64,000 nt of DNA, from contig NIVC01000381.1 in the NCBI GenBank assembly GCA_002269645.1, forward strand, positions 62,001 to 126,000, read 5' to 3'. Shown piece by piece: positions 12,141 through 22,977 of the stretch. This DNA comes from Macrostomum lignano (lineage: Eukaryota). The notes under the pieces were generated by a model, which was not told where the DNA came from, did no database searches, and saw only the letters and a list, made by a program, of their open reading frames with translations. The translations under genes and the position numbers were made by a program. Each line of letters starts with the position of its first letter. The first letter of the stretch is position 1.

Positions 12141-13229
12141 TCACTCTTCAGCGTCTGTTCTCATCGCGTCCCAAAGCTTGGCGAGGTTGATGGAGTCTGG
12201 CGGCTTCCCCATGGTGAACAGGCTCACCGTGACCTGCACAGTCAGCGTGAAGCCGTAGCAATCCTGAACCTCCAGCTGATTTGGCTTCACATCAATTCTA
12301 TCAACTTTCCACTCGGACTCGTCCAGGATCTGCCAGCCGTCGCAGTCTCTCCAGTCAGGAAAGATGAGGAAGAACCAGAAAGCTCCCCGCTCCGACTCGT
12401 CAAGGATGTCCACAACTCGCCTCGCTGTGGCTTTGAGCAGGATCTCTTCAAATGGGGGGTTAAGCACCCAGCCGCCTGGATTCTGCATCAGGTCTATGCG
12501 AAAAAAGTCGCCCAGACTGCCGAATACGCTTTCAGTGTCAGGGAACAGGCTGCAGAACTTTGCTCCTTGCCGACCCAGCAGCTGACAGTTGAGCGGCGAA
12601 GCGAAGCCCTCGTGAGCGGCTTTGCCCAGCTCGAACAGGGCATCGAAAGCTTTGGGGCAGAGGCTGGACTCGCCGCCTCTGAACATACTCAGGCTGTAGT
12701 AGCGAAGGCAAACCAGCGCGGCCCGCTGCTCACCGCACTGCTCGACCAGCTGCTTGACTCGCTTGCTCAAAGGCGTCCAGAATTCCCCAAATGTGATGCG
12801 GCCTCGGCTGCCGGCCTCCTCGTATCGCAGCTTCGCGGTTTTCTTCACCTTAGCGATATTAATCTTTCTTCGTAGAAACTGATCGATCATGGACAGCAGC
12901 GACTCTACCAGACGCGTCGCTTCGTCGCTCGACATGTCGCTGAAGCTCAGGCAGAGCGATTTCACGAACTCAACTTTGCTTCTGTTATCGCTCAACTTCT
13001 GTGGTAGCAGACGGAATGTCTCGGACATTTGCTGACCATCGGTGGTCTGCATGGTGATGAGCCAACGACCGAATTGAATTTTCGTCCTTTTCTGCTGATT
13101 TCTATGCTCAGCTGGCTGAAACCGTTGAGTGCGTTTCTCGAGCCAACTCGCGAGTCGGTCTATTTCCCTAAACTGGGAATACTCGAGCAGCAGTTTGACG
13201 TGAAGGCTGTCGTATTCTCCTTTTGCCAT
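12141..13229 (-). CDS. PCIF1-like: PCIF1/CAPAM-like adenine N6-methyltransferase, copy 2 (intact, 362 aa, no WW domain, intronless)
   Basis: Ordered motifs CLRY, EGFASPLNC, FCSLFPDTE..FGSLGDFF, NPPF and FLIFPDW match the PCIF1 catalytic domain (human ECFASPLNC, YCSAFPDTDGYFGSRG, ANPPF, FIVFIPEW, recalled from memory). Confidence 0.85.
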   Translation of the reverse strand: MAKGEYDSLHVKLLLEYSQFREIDRLASWLEKRTQRFQPAEHRNQQKRTKIQFGRWLITMQTTDGQQMSETFRLLPQKLSDNRSKVEFVKSLCLSFSDMSSDEATRLVESLLSMIDQFLRRKINIAKVKKTAKLRYEEAGSRGRITFGEFWTPLSKRVKQLVEQCGEQRAALVCLRYYSLSMFRGGESSLCPKAFDALFELGKAAHEGFASPLNCQLLGRQGAKFCSLFPDTESVFGSLGDFFRIDLMQNPGGWVLNPPFEEILLKATARRVVDILDESERGAFWFFLIFPDWRDCDGWQILDESEWKVDRIDVKPNQLEVQDCYGFTLTVQVTVSLFTMGKPPDSINLAKLWDAMRTDAEE

Positions 13230-13339
13230 CGTAAACTCTTACCGTCGCTTTCTCACCTTAGGTTCTCGTTTCATGCTTTCAGTTTTTTCGCTTTTCGCTT
13301 TCCATTTTGTTTATTTTTGCTTTGAGATCTTTTACACGA

Positions 13340-14045
13340 CCCAGCTTTACACGGAAGATGAAGCTGACCTGGTTGCTACGCAAAGTTCTTAATCCACCTC
13401 ACAAAATCTCAGATGCCTCACTAAGTTGTTTTTTCATACGAGTACTGCTGCTGGTAGAATTTGCTTTTCAAAAACGTGCGGCTGTTGCCCAACATCCCTG
13501 CAGTATTTCTCCCTATCCTTAATGCCTTCACTTCCAAGCCTCAAACTCAGGCTGTACTTGCTGTACAGCCAAGCTCACTCTTGCCAGTGTACTCAGAGAA
13601 AACGTACGCCAGTATATTTACGCTCGTACTGCCTCTGCTCTGCCTGTCGCGAAATTCTGTTATTTTGCCCTTAGAATAATTCACTCGATCGCCCTCAGGT
13701 TTGCCTAGCCTTGTTTAATTTTCCTCTCTCTCTTCTGTTTGTACATTGTTAGCGTTTTCTCTCTTCCACTATTTATCGATCGGCTAGCCCCCCCCCCCAA
13801 TTTGGTTTCTTATCTATTCCACCCCTCCCTTTATTATTCTCGACTCAACCCCCCTGCGTTAGTTTTATAAATAATATACGCTGCATGAAGGGCTGGCTCT
13901 CAAGCCTGGTCTTTTCCTTTTTTCTATGCAGTTCAAAATCAGCAGTAATTCAATCGTTAGTTTTCTACAACGCTCCCTTTTTTACTGCCTACGACACTAC
14001 GAGCTATATATTTACTGCCTCCCCCGTGGCATAGCCCTTCCTCCC
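13340..14045 (+). repeat. Dispersed repeat, copy B (homologous to 1601-1872, with internal insertion)
   Basis: See copy A; replaces the 5' flank that copies 1 and 3 of the PCIF1-like gene share. Confidence 0.85.
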
Positions 14046-14179
14046 GAACTAAATCCCCGGGCTTTTGCCGCAATTTTATTATACAAACTTTAGACACACA
14101 CTTTACGCAAATTTTACACTATCGTTTTCTATGTAATGAATGTACATGTAGCGCTAAGTACATGTACCGGAAGTACGAG

Positions 14180-14775
14180 ATTTGCTAGCAGGAAATCTGC
14201 TAGCCGAAATCTGCCAGCCGAAATCTGCTAGCTGAAGTCTGCTAGCCGCGAAGATTGCTTGTTTTCAGGCAAAGGTAATTTTGAAACCCCTTTCAAACAT
14301 CTGGCCAGATAAGGGAGGGAGAGAGGCGGAGGTTGGGGAGGCTGTCTCGCTGAAAAAAGCAGAATAACTTTAAAAGTGCACAGCGCCGTTCAGGATTAAC
14401 TTTAAAACTCGAAATTTTACACGAGCGTGTCAAAATAGTTAAAAAAATTTTTGTTTAATTTAAAGAGGATTCGTAAAAGTGGAGCGACGCTATAAAGAAT
14501 TTAGTAAAAAATCACGCTTTTAGCCGTTTTTTGCACTTTTAGGTAGGAAGACTTAGATTTAGGAAATTTTATTTAGGGTAGCCTAAGACATTCTCTGTAG
14601 TGAGTTTAGGGTGAGTGCAAAAGTTGGTTTAATTTGGTTGAGTGATTTGGGATCATAGCCATGCTTGGGCGCAACCTTGGGAATCACTCGGCCGTTTCTA
14701 TTGGCAACACACACATGTATGTCGCTATTGGACAGAATAGTAGTCACGATTCATAGCGAACAAATTTGTACACAG

Positions 14776-14807
<32 letters not shown>

Positions 14808-16035
14808 AGAGTTTTCATTTTTATAGTTACATATTTGCGTCCCTGCTAATCAACACGACAAAAGGAGAGTCAATAAAGAGCGATTAAGCGCAAATCGAAT
14901 CGTCCTGTTCAGTTTCTCGCGAAATCGGACAAGCAAATTTGTCTCTGACGACTTAAAACTTCGTGAGTTCGGCTGAATCCTTGTTAGCAAAATTCCTGCT
15001 GGCAAGCTTCGCGGCTAGCAGACTTCAGCTCGCAGACTTCAGCTAGCAGACTTCAGCTAGCAGACTTCAGCTTGCAGACTTCAGCTAGCAGACTTCGGCT
15101 TGCAGACTTCAGCTAGCAGACTTCAGCTAGCAGACTTCAGCTAGCAGACTTCAGCTAGCAGACTTCAGCTAGCAGACTTCAGCTAGCAGACTTCAGCTAG
15201 CAGACTTCAGCTAGCAGACTTCAGCTAGCAGACTTCAGCTAGCAGACTTCAGCTAGCAGACTTCGGCTTGCAGACTTCAGCTAGCAGACTTCAGCTAGCA
15301 GACTTCGGCTTGCAGACTTCAGCTAGCAGACTTCGGCTTGCAGACTTCAGCTAGCAGACTTCAGCTTGCAGACTTCAGCTAGCAGACTTCAGCTAGCAGA
15401 CTTCAGCTTGCAGACTTCAGCTAGCAGACTTCGGCTTGCAGACTTCAGCTAGCAGACTTCAGCTAGCAGACTTCAGCTAGCAGACTTCAGCTAGCAGACT
15501 TCAGCTAGCAGACTTCAGCTAGCAGACTTCAGCTAGCAGACTTCGGCTTGCAGACTTCAGCTAGCAGACTTCAGCTAGCAGACTTCAGCTAGCAGACTTC
15601 AGCTAGCAGACTTCGGCTTGCAGACTTCAGCTAGCAGACTTCGGCTTGCAGACTTCAGCTAGCAGACTTCAGCTAGCAGACTTCAGCTAGCAGACTTCAG
15701 CTAGCAGACTTCGGCTTGCAGACTTCAGCTAGCAGACTTCAGCTAGCAGACTTCAGCTAGCAGACTTCAGCTAGCAGACTTCAGCTAGCAAACTTCGGCT
15801 TGCAGACTTCAGCTAGCAGACTTCAGCTAGCAGACTTCAGCTAGCAGACTTCAGCTAGCAGACTTCGGCTTGCAGACTTCAGCTAGCAGACTTCGGCTTG
15901 CAGACTTCAGCTAGCAGACTTCAGCTAGCAGACTTCAGCTAGCAGACTTCAGCTAGCAGACTTCGGCTTGCAGACTTCAGCTAGCAGACTTCAGCTAGCA
16001 GACTTCGGCTTGCAGACTTCAGCTAGCAGATTTCA
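14180..16035. mobile_element. Foldback/MITE-like element with inverted arms built from a 14-bp unit
   Basis: Reverse complement of 14183-14258 (GCAATCTTCGCGGCTAGCAGACTTCAGCTAGCAG...) matches 15002 onward (GCAAGCTTCGCGGCTAGCAGACTTCAGCT...). Confidence 0.6.
15015..16030. repeat. 14-bp minisatellite (AGCTAGCAGACTTC, variant GGCTTGCAGACTTC), ~70 copies
   Basis: Highly homogeneous tandem array. Confidence 0.95.
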
Positions 16036-16710
16036 TAGACCCACATGTGGGTGCCTACACACATGCAACAATTAAATGTCTAACTTAAATCCTCCAAAAT
16101 TCTAGAGAGTTCAGAATTTAGTAATCGGGAATTTAGGGACCGGGCACTGCAACATCTGCAATCCGGACTGATAACGAGACACACTGGATAGTACATATGA
16201 AAAGTCTTGCTTTTCCAACACGTCTATCCGATCAGAATCTGCAACTTGAATTTTCGAACCGAGCAATTTTGAAACCGTTTAATGAATTTAAATGGCTTGA
16301 AATGAAAATCCCGATGGTATGGGGTGTTTGTACATATAAGACGAGTATACATGCGTAACGTAAAACCATAATTACCAGCAAAAGAAAGCCTTTAAAACAT
16401 TATAAAAAGAAAAAGAAAGAAAACTGATTAAACAAAAAATAGACGACGTACATGTATAGCTGTTTTGAAATTCAGCAAAATACAGATGGCCAGAATCAAC
16501 AAAAGCTTGTGGCAACAGCCTGCATCAACATCGCGGAGGATGCCACGGAGGAGCGGAGGTTGAACACCTCATTCAAACCACAAACGACAAGGTTTTGATA
16601 CAGTGCTCGGAGAAATTTCATATACATGTAAAATTTCACTCAGTAAACTTTAGTCTTTCTTGGATAGGATCCCATTTCCGTTACTCTCCAGCGTCTGTCC
16701 TCATCGCGTT

Positions 16711-17769
16711 TCAAAGCTTGGCGAGGTTGACGGAGTCTGGCGGCTTCCCCATGGTAAACAGGCTCACCGTGACCTGCACAGTCAGCGTGGAGCCGAAGCA
16801 GTCCTGAACCTCCAGCTGATTTGGCTTCACATCAATTCTATCAACTTTCCACTCGGACTCGTCCAGGATCTGCCAGCCGTCGCAGTCTGTCCAGTACGGA
16901 AAGATGAGGAAGAACCAGAAAGCTCCCCGCTCCGACTCGTCAAGGATGTCCACAACTCGCCTCGCTGTGGCTTTGAGCAGGATCTCTTCAAATGGGGGGT
17001 TGAGCACCCAGCCGCCTGGATGCTGCATCAGGTCTATGTGAAAAAAGTCGCCCAGACTGCCGAATGCGCTGTCAGTGTCAGGGAACAGGCTGCAGAATTT
17101 TGCTCCTTGCCGACCCAGCAGCTGACAATTGAGGGGCGAAGCGAAGCCCTCGTGAGCGGCTTTGCCCAGCTCGAACAGGGCATCGAAAGCTTTGGGGCAG
17201 AGGCTGGACTCGCCGCCTCTGAACATGTTCAGGCTGTGGTAGCGAAGGCAAACCAGCGCGGCCCGCTGCTCACCGCACAGCTCGACCAGCTGCTTGACTC
17301 GCTTGCTCCTAGGCGTCCGGAACTCCCCAAATGTGATGCGGCCTCGGCTGCCGGCCTCCTCGTATCGCAGCTTCGCGGTTTTCTTCACCTTAGCGATATT
17401 AATCTTTCTTCGTAGAAACTGATCGATCATGGACAGCAGCGACTCTACCAGATGCGTCGCTTCGTCGCTCGACATGTCGCTGAAGCTCAGGCAGAGCGAT
17501 TTCACAAACTCAACTTTGCTTCTGTTGTCGTTCAAATTCTGTGGCAGCAGACGGAATGTCTCTGACATTTGCTGACCATCGGTGGTCTGCATGGTGATGA
17601 GCCAACGACCGAATTGAATTTTCGTCCTTTTCTGCTGATTTCTATGCTCAGCTGGCTGAAACCGTTGAGTGCTCTTCTTGAGCCAACTCGCGAGTCGGTC
17701 TATTTCCCTAAACTGGGAATACTCGAGCAGCAGTTTGACGTGAAGGCTGTCGGATTCTTCTTTTGCCAT
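16711..17769 (-). CDS. PCIF1-like: PCIF1/CAPAM-like adenine N6-methyltransferase, copy 3 (352 aa; last 10 residues lost by TGG>TGA)
   Basis: NPPF intact; about 21 substitutions versus copy 2 over 352 aa by manual count; the frame continues after the TGA as NAMRTDAGE*, matching DAMRTDAEE* of copy 2. Confidence 0.8.
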   Translation of the reverse strand: MAKEESDSLHVKLLLEYSQFREIDRLASWLKKSTQRFQPAEHRNQQKRTKIQFGRWLITMQTTDGQQMSETFRLLPQNLNDNRSKVEFVKSLCLSFSDMSSDEATHLVESLLSMIDQFLRRKINIAKVKKTAKLRYEEAGSRGRITFGEFRTPRSKRVKQLVELCGEQRAALVCLRYHSLNMFRGGESSLCPKAFDALFELGKAAHEGFASPLNCQLLGRQGAKFCSLFPDTDSAFGSLGDFFHIDLMQHPGGWVLNPPFEEILLKATARRVVDILDESERGAFWFFLIFPYWTDCDGWQILDESEWKVDRIDVKPNQLEVQDCFGSTLTVQVTVSLFTMGKPPDSVNLAKL

Positions 17770-18859
17770 CGTAAACTCTTACCGTCGCTTTCTCACCTTA
17801 GGTTCTCGTTTCATGCTTTCAGTTTTTTCGCGTTTCGATTTCCATTTCGTTACTTTTTTGCTTTGAGATTGGCCTTGGTTTTTTCAGTGTCCGAAAAGGC
17901 TAATCGATAACTGAAGTGTACGTTGCAATGTATTATTAATTGAAACCCGCCTGCACTATACAATATTGTGCATGTATAAAGATCGAAATGACCACTCACC
18001 AAATCTTATATTTTGTTGAGTATTGCAGTTGTACTTGCAGTTGCAGCTAGTAGAAAAGTTAGTAATCTCACATGTAATATATACCGCTCCAGTATATTTA
18101 TATTGCGTGTATATGTACTTGGCTGGACTGAAACAAAATAACGTATATAAAATCTAAAAAATCGATAAATTTGTCATGAATACGCTCGTATGAAGTGCCG
18201 CCAACGACTTAACTTTTGTCAGACTAAGAAAAAGCGCTCTAGATCTTGACCAGGCAAAGCCGGGTTGCAGCTTATATTCTAAGCAGCTTAAGGTAACTAA
18301 AGAATTCTTATGGAACGATCTAGGCGTTAGGTTTAAAGGGATACGCCAGGTTGGAGCCTACATATATACATGTAATTGATAAGCAGCAATGCTTTGGCTA
18401 CTACAAGTAGCAATAACGAAACCTACTAGTACTCGATGAACGGAGAACGGAAAATCTAGTTGGTTTTCTAGACTCTAACTTATAGATATAAGAAAAATAC
18501 GCAAAAATATGTCAAATACATGTACAAAAAATATAATATAACGCGTTGTAATCTTATTGATCACTACATAACAATTTTTTAACGAAACGACCTAAACCAG
18601 ATTCACAGTTAAGCCGCTAGATTGTGTCCAGATAGACTTGTAAAGTCGATTTTCGAACAACATAGTACAGATCAGTCATCATATAATTGCTTCTTGTAAT
18701 TAATTCAAAATGATTTAATCTAAACCTCGATCCATCTCTGTAATTTTTTTTCGAAAAAGCATATGCCTCCTAAAATTTTCCCAGCGACGTAGCTTCTTCG
18801 TCCTTGTACAATTGCTGAGTCTTGAGTAGTGAAAGCGCCCCGTTATCCGAGGATGCGGG

Positions 18860-19130
18860 CGGCCGAAATTTCACTTCGCCGGAAAGTACTCTCTTTCTCT
18901 TGGCCAAAACTTCACTAGGCTGAAACTTCACATTGCCAAAGTAGCTAGCACACTCTAATGGGGCCGAAATTTCACAACGCCGAAAAAGCAGTCTTTTTCA
19001 CTAGGCCGAAACAGGCGAAACTTATTAAATAGCTTGCTAGCCATTTCGGCAATGTGAAGTATCGGCCTAGTGAAAGAAGCTGCTAAAATGATTTTTTGGC
19101 AATGTGAAATTTCGGCCTAGTGAAGAGAAG
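18860..19130. mobile_element. Small foldback element with repeated ~25-bp motif in both orientations
   Basis: CACTAGGC(C/T)GAAA(C/T)TTCACATTGCC-like motifs at ~18860, 18911, 18961, 18997; reverse complements at ~19046 and 19096. Confidence 0.6.
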
Positions 19131-19353
19131 TACCCGTTGGTACAAATTTTAGAATTTTAATTAATTAAAGCAAGCAAGCAAGCTTTTCATTTTTAGTATA
19201 TAGGATTAATTATTAGCAAAACTACATAAGATTATATTAACGCTGTTTATGGTTTGATACCGTCTTGTGTTTGTAATACATTTTAATACCTTGTTTTAGT
19301 TTATTATAGCTAATAAACATGTGGTTTTAACTGGGTCTCCCTAAAACGCACGC

Positions 19354-19711
19354 AAACACGCACCGCACCGCCCCGAACCGCTACACATTATAACATTTTT
19401 TGTCAATGCAGTATTTGATTGCAAAGAAAACTATTCGTTGTAAGAGTAATGGAATAAATATCTTTAATTATTATTTCAAATATTATTTTATTTTTTGTAT
19501 TCTCGTTTTCATTATTAAATTATATTATTATTATTTTATTAATATAATTATTAATATCACTTATTACTTACCGAATTTTATATTTTAAAGTAAAAAAAAC
19601 TAAATTTAATAAAAACTTTGAAGCTTAACAAAAAACGCATTTTGAACTGTCTTCAGTTATAGTCCAATTTGTTTTAATGTGTAGCGCTGCAGGGCGGTGC
19701 GGGGCGTGTTT
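19354..19711. mobile_element. MITE-like element, GC-rich ~37-bp inverted termini around a very AT-rich core
   Basis: AAACACGCACCGCACCGCCCCGAACCGCTACACATTA (19354-19390) versus TAATGTGTAGCGCTGCAGGGCGGTGCGGGGCGTGTTT (19675-19711). Confidence 0.65.
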
Positions 19712-20439
19712 TAACTTACTTAATGAAGAAATTGATTCCTTGAACAGCTTGAAGTCGGCCGCTGGATTTTAATATTATTCTGAATCTGAGGACAGCCTGC
19801 AAGGATTTGATAGGGCCTATGGGTAGCTCGTAGTTGAAGCATGCTAAGTAAGTACAAACAAGGGCGCAAACAGGAGGCGAGGGTTAGCCGCCGCTTTGTC
19901 AGAAACCTAAAGGGAAAGGCTAAATCAGAGGGGGCCAAGCACATTTTTGCTAATAAAATACAGGCCACTCAGGCCATCCTCAACAAATTTCTGGTTACAC
20001 CACTAAGTACAAATACGACTAGGCCCCACTATTTGCTTTTTACTTCAGTTTTAATCTTTATATGGTTTTACGCTGTAGCAAGAGTATGACTATGAGAATA
20101 TGAGATGTAGTAGGCCCCTACCCTAGGCCTAGCTCTATGACTATGACTCTGTAAAAATGAACGAGTGTTTTATTTACTTTATTTATTGTGCTTTTTTAAT
20201 AGGCCCTAGAATTTTTTCTATCCTGCTAAAAAAATATGAGCATCTTTAAAACTTGCTAGGCTATTTTTAATTGCATAGGCCTAGCTTGCTGACGTCTTAG
20301 ACTTAAGTTAAGAGTTTAGACTTCTCACTTATATTAGTTTAGTTTTTAGCTTTTACAACAATTTAATTTTAGAAGAACAAAAATATAAAAAGCTTTTAAA
20401 ATACTTATTAATTTCTATTTTTTAATAATCATTTAATAT

Positions 20440-21235
20440 TTCATAAATATTAACGAAATGCTTATCCTTACCTCATAGTCCCTGCTGATAATTCCAATTT
20501 TATATACACAGATCCATGTCAATAATTTCCAGCTTATTCCCACGGCAGCTTATTGAAATAGTTGTCACCATTCAAGTCTATAGGCCATGTCAATAATTCC
20601 AATTTTATCCACATGGATCCATGTCAATAATTCCAATTTTATCCACATGGATCCATGTCAATAATTTTCAGCTTATCCCCATGGCTAAGATTGTGCAGTT
20701 GCTTGTGTTTAGTTTTGTGTACTGACATTAAATTGATATTGTTATTATTATTAGTAATATTATCATTATTATTAAATATATTTTGAATTTTGAATTTTGC
20801 AAGTCTCATTTGCCTCAATCTTTGGGTTGTTTGGTTGTTCTAAGCAAAGCCGGCAGCTAAGCAAATATTTAAAATTAACCCTTTTAATGACGAAAAGTTT
20901 TAACAAAGTACTTGATATTATTCAGTATTCAGTACATGTAGTTTATTTGGAAGATGTATAAAACAGTGAAAACAAAAAGGTTTTTAAACAGATTCATTTT
21001 AAGGTTCTTTATTCCAATAAGCTGCCATAAGGATAAGCAGGAAATTATTGACATGGATCCATATGGATAAAATTAGAATTATTGACACAGCCTATAGACT
21101 TAAATGGTGATAGCTATTTTAATAAGCTGCTATGGGGATAAGCTATGAAATTATTGACACGGATCCGTGTGGATAAAATTGGAATTATTGGCATGGGACC
21201 ATAGGGATAAGCACTTCTAAATATTAATATGAAAG
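20440..21235. mobile_element. Foldback element with ~230-bp imperfect inverted arms
   Basis: 20440-20690 aligns to the reverse complement of 21015-21235; arms contain internal ATAATTCCAATTTTATCCACATGGATCCATGTCA subrepeats. Confidence 0.75.
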
Positions 21236-22009
21236 ATACTGCAAAAGGCTAAAAATCTATTTATAGCCAACCTGGCCATAGTCAAAATGTTTCTTTAAAT
21301 TTTGTGTGAACAAGTGTAAAACAACCTATGTGGAATATAAAGTTCAATCTTAAGGAGCCCTATTAGAAAAAGCTATTATATGATAAATAGCCATCCAACA
21401 CATTTTTAAAATGACCTTGCAATATGGCATGCTTTCAAAATGACCCTGTGGTGTGGCACATTTTCTATGAGATGGTGCTTGATGTGGTGCAATGCATAGC
21501 CTCACTTGGCATGATGCTTAGAATCCAATAAAAATAGCCACACATAAAAATAGACATATGATAAAATTACCAAACAGTAAAATATAATGTAAAACAAACT
21601 TGTATGACAATAACAGATTGACATAAAGTAGTTTTATGAAATATATATTTATGATAAGAGGATTAAATATAGAAGTGGTTTTTCTAGACATATATAGTTG
21701 AATATATCTACAAGTTATTGAAAATCTAAACTTTTTCAGTAGCTATAAATAGGTATCATTAGTTTAGTTTTAATCAAAGCTTACATTTTTAATATTCAAA
21801 CTGCAAAAAAGTTGTGACTGCAAAAAGGTTCTTTATTGTTGCAACTACAAAAGGGTCTTTTATTGTTGCAACTATAGTCCCTTGATATGGCCCATGTATC
21901 TTGGAGAGTGACCCCTTGGCACATTTTTGCTAGACCCTTGATGCATGTCCCTGCATTTTCAAAATTTATTACAATAAGGTTAAGGACCTGCAGACACTAT
22001 TTGAAATTC

Positions 22010-22462
22010 ATTAGAGGCTAATAAAGGAAAAAGTGGATTGCTAATCAGGGCACATAAGATTGGTAGTTGCTAATAAACACTCTTTGATAAAGTCTCCATT
22101 GGTAAATGGCTTTATCTTTTTAGCAATGAAAAGTGACACCTCAAAAAATGCATGGGTGGCTTTTTCTATGAAAGTTGTACCAAGCTTTTGATAGACAAAG
22201 CTGTTGGTCTGCTAGATATGCTATATAGTCAGCCTAATAATAACACTGTTAAGAAGCATTGTCTATCTTTACATACTTGGATATCTTGTGTACAGACTCC
22301 CAGTGGCAGTGTACCTTGGCTTCTTTGAAGACTGCAACAGTTGCCATTCAGATAAAGCACTATGCCTTCCTATTGAAGTTGACAAAAAAGTATTGTTGAG
22401 TCCATGCAGGGTTGAACACTCAATGCTCTATATCTACTATGTGCTTTTGCTATGGAAACCAT
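22010..22462 (-). mobile_element. Decayed hAT transposase N-terminus (SPIN/Charlie/GTF2IRD2-like)
   Basis: Minus strand reads VDIEH*VFNPAWTQQYFFVNFNRKA*CFI*MATVAVFKEAKVHCHWESVH and HAFFEVSLFIAKKIKPFTNGDFIKECLLATTNLMCPD, matching the family patterns RVF..W...YFF....K..CLIC...VAVFKE and KPFTDGEF.KECL; multiple stops. Confidence 0.75.
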
Positions 22463-22977
22463 AGTCTACAAATAAGAGGAATAATATAGATTTACTATAA
22501 TAAGCAAATGAAAGTCAGTGTATTGCTATTCATTGCTATGAGTATTACATATTTAAGTCTGGTGATTTTCAAATTTTTTCTAGTCTTCCAAACATTCTAT
22601 GAATAAGACTTATTACAAAAATGCAGTGCTGGCAGATATATTATATGATGTATTGTAGAAAGGAGGTGAAATGAAGAAATAAAGAAATATGAAGGGTTGT
22701 TTTGTTTTATTTAAAATCTTTGGCTGGACTAGAAGCTTTTTGGCAAGACTAGAGTTTAGAAATAAAGCTAGCTAGAGCTAGAGTGAAGAAGAGAAGGGTG
22801 ATCTACCAATGTACATTGGCACTTTGTATGTGTCCAACTTTCTTTATATCCACTTTTATTGGACAAGCCATTTCTCTCCCTCTTAACCAAACCCCATGAA
22901 TCAAGCCACACCAACAACCCCACAGTTAAACTGATATAGGAATGATGGGGTGAAAGCAAATTTTACTTGTAAATGTA

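Noticed and set aside
11793-12875. Long antisense ORFs over all three MTase copies (5802-6602, 11793-12875, 16660-17415)
   Set aside because: They are in exact codon register with the sense gene, the frame that stays open when TTA/CTA/TCA codons are avoided. Their persistence in three copies reflects recent duplication. No recognisable domain.
5760-18460. A single large transposon or endogenous virus carrying the MTase genes
   Set aside because: No integrase, polymerase, capsid, helicase or bounding terminal repeats were found in this window, so the foreign-origin idea rests only on gene structure and divergence.
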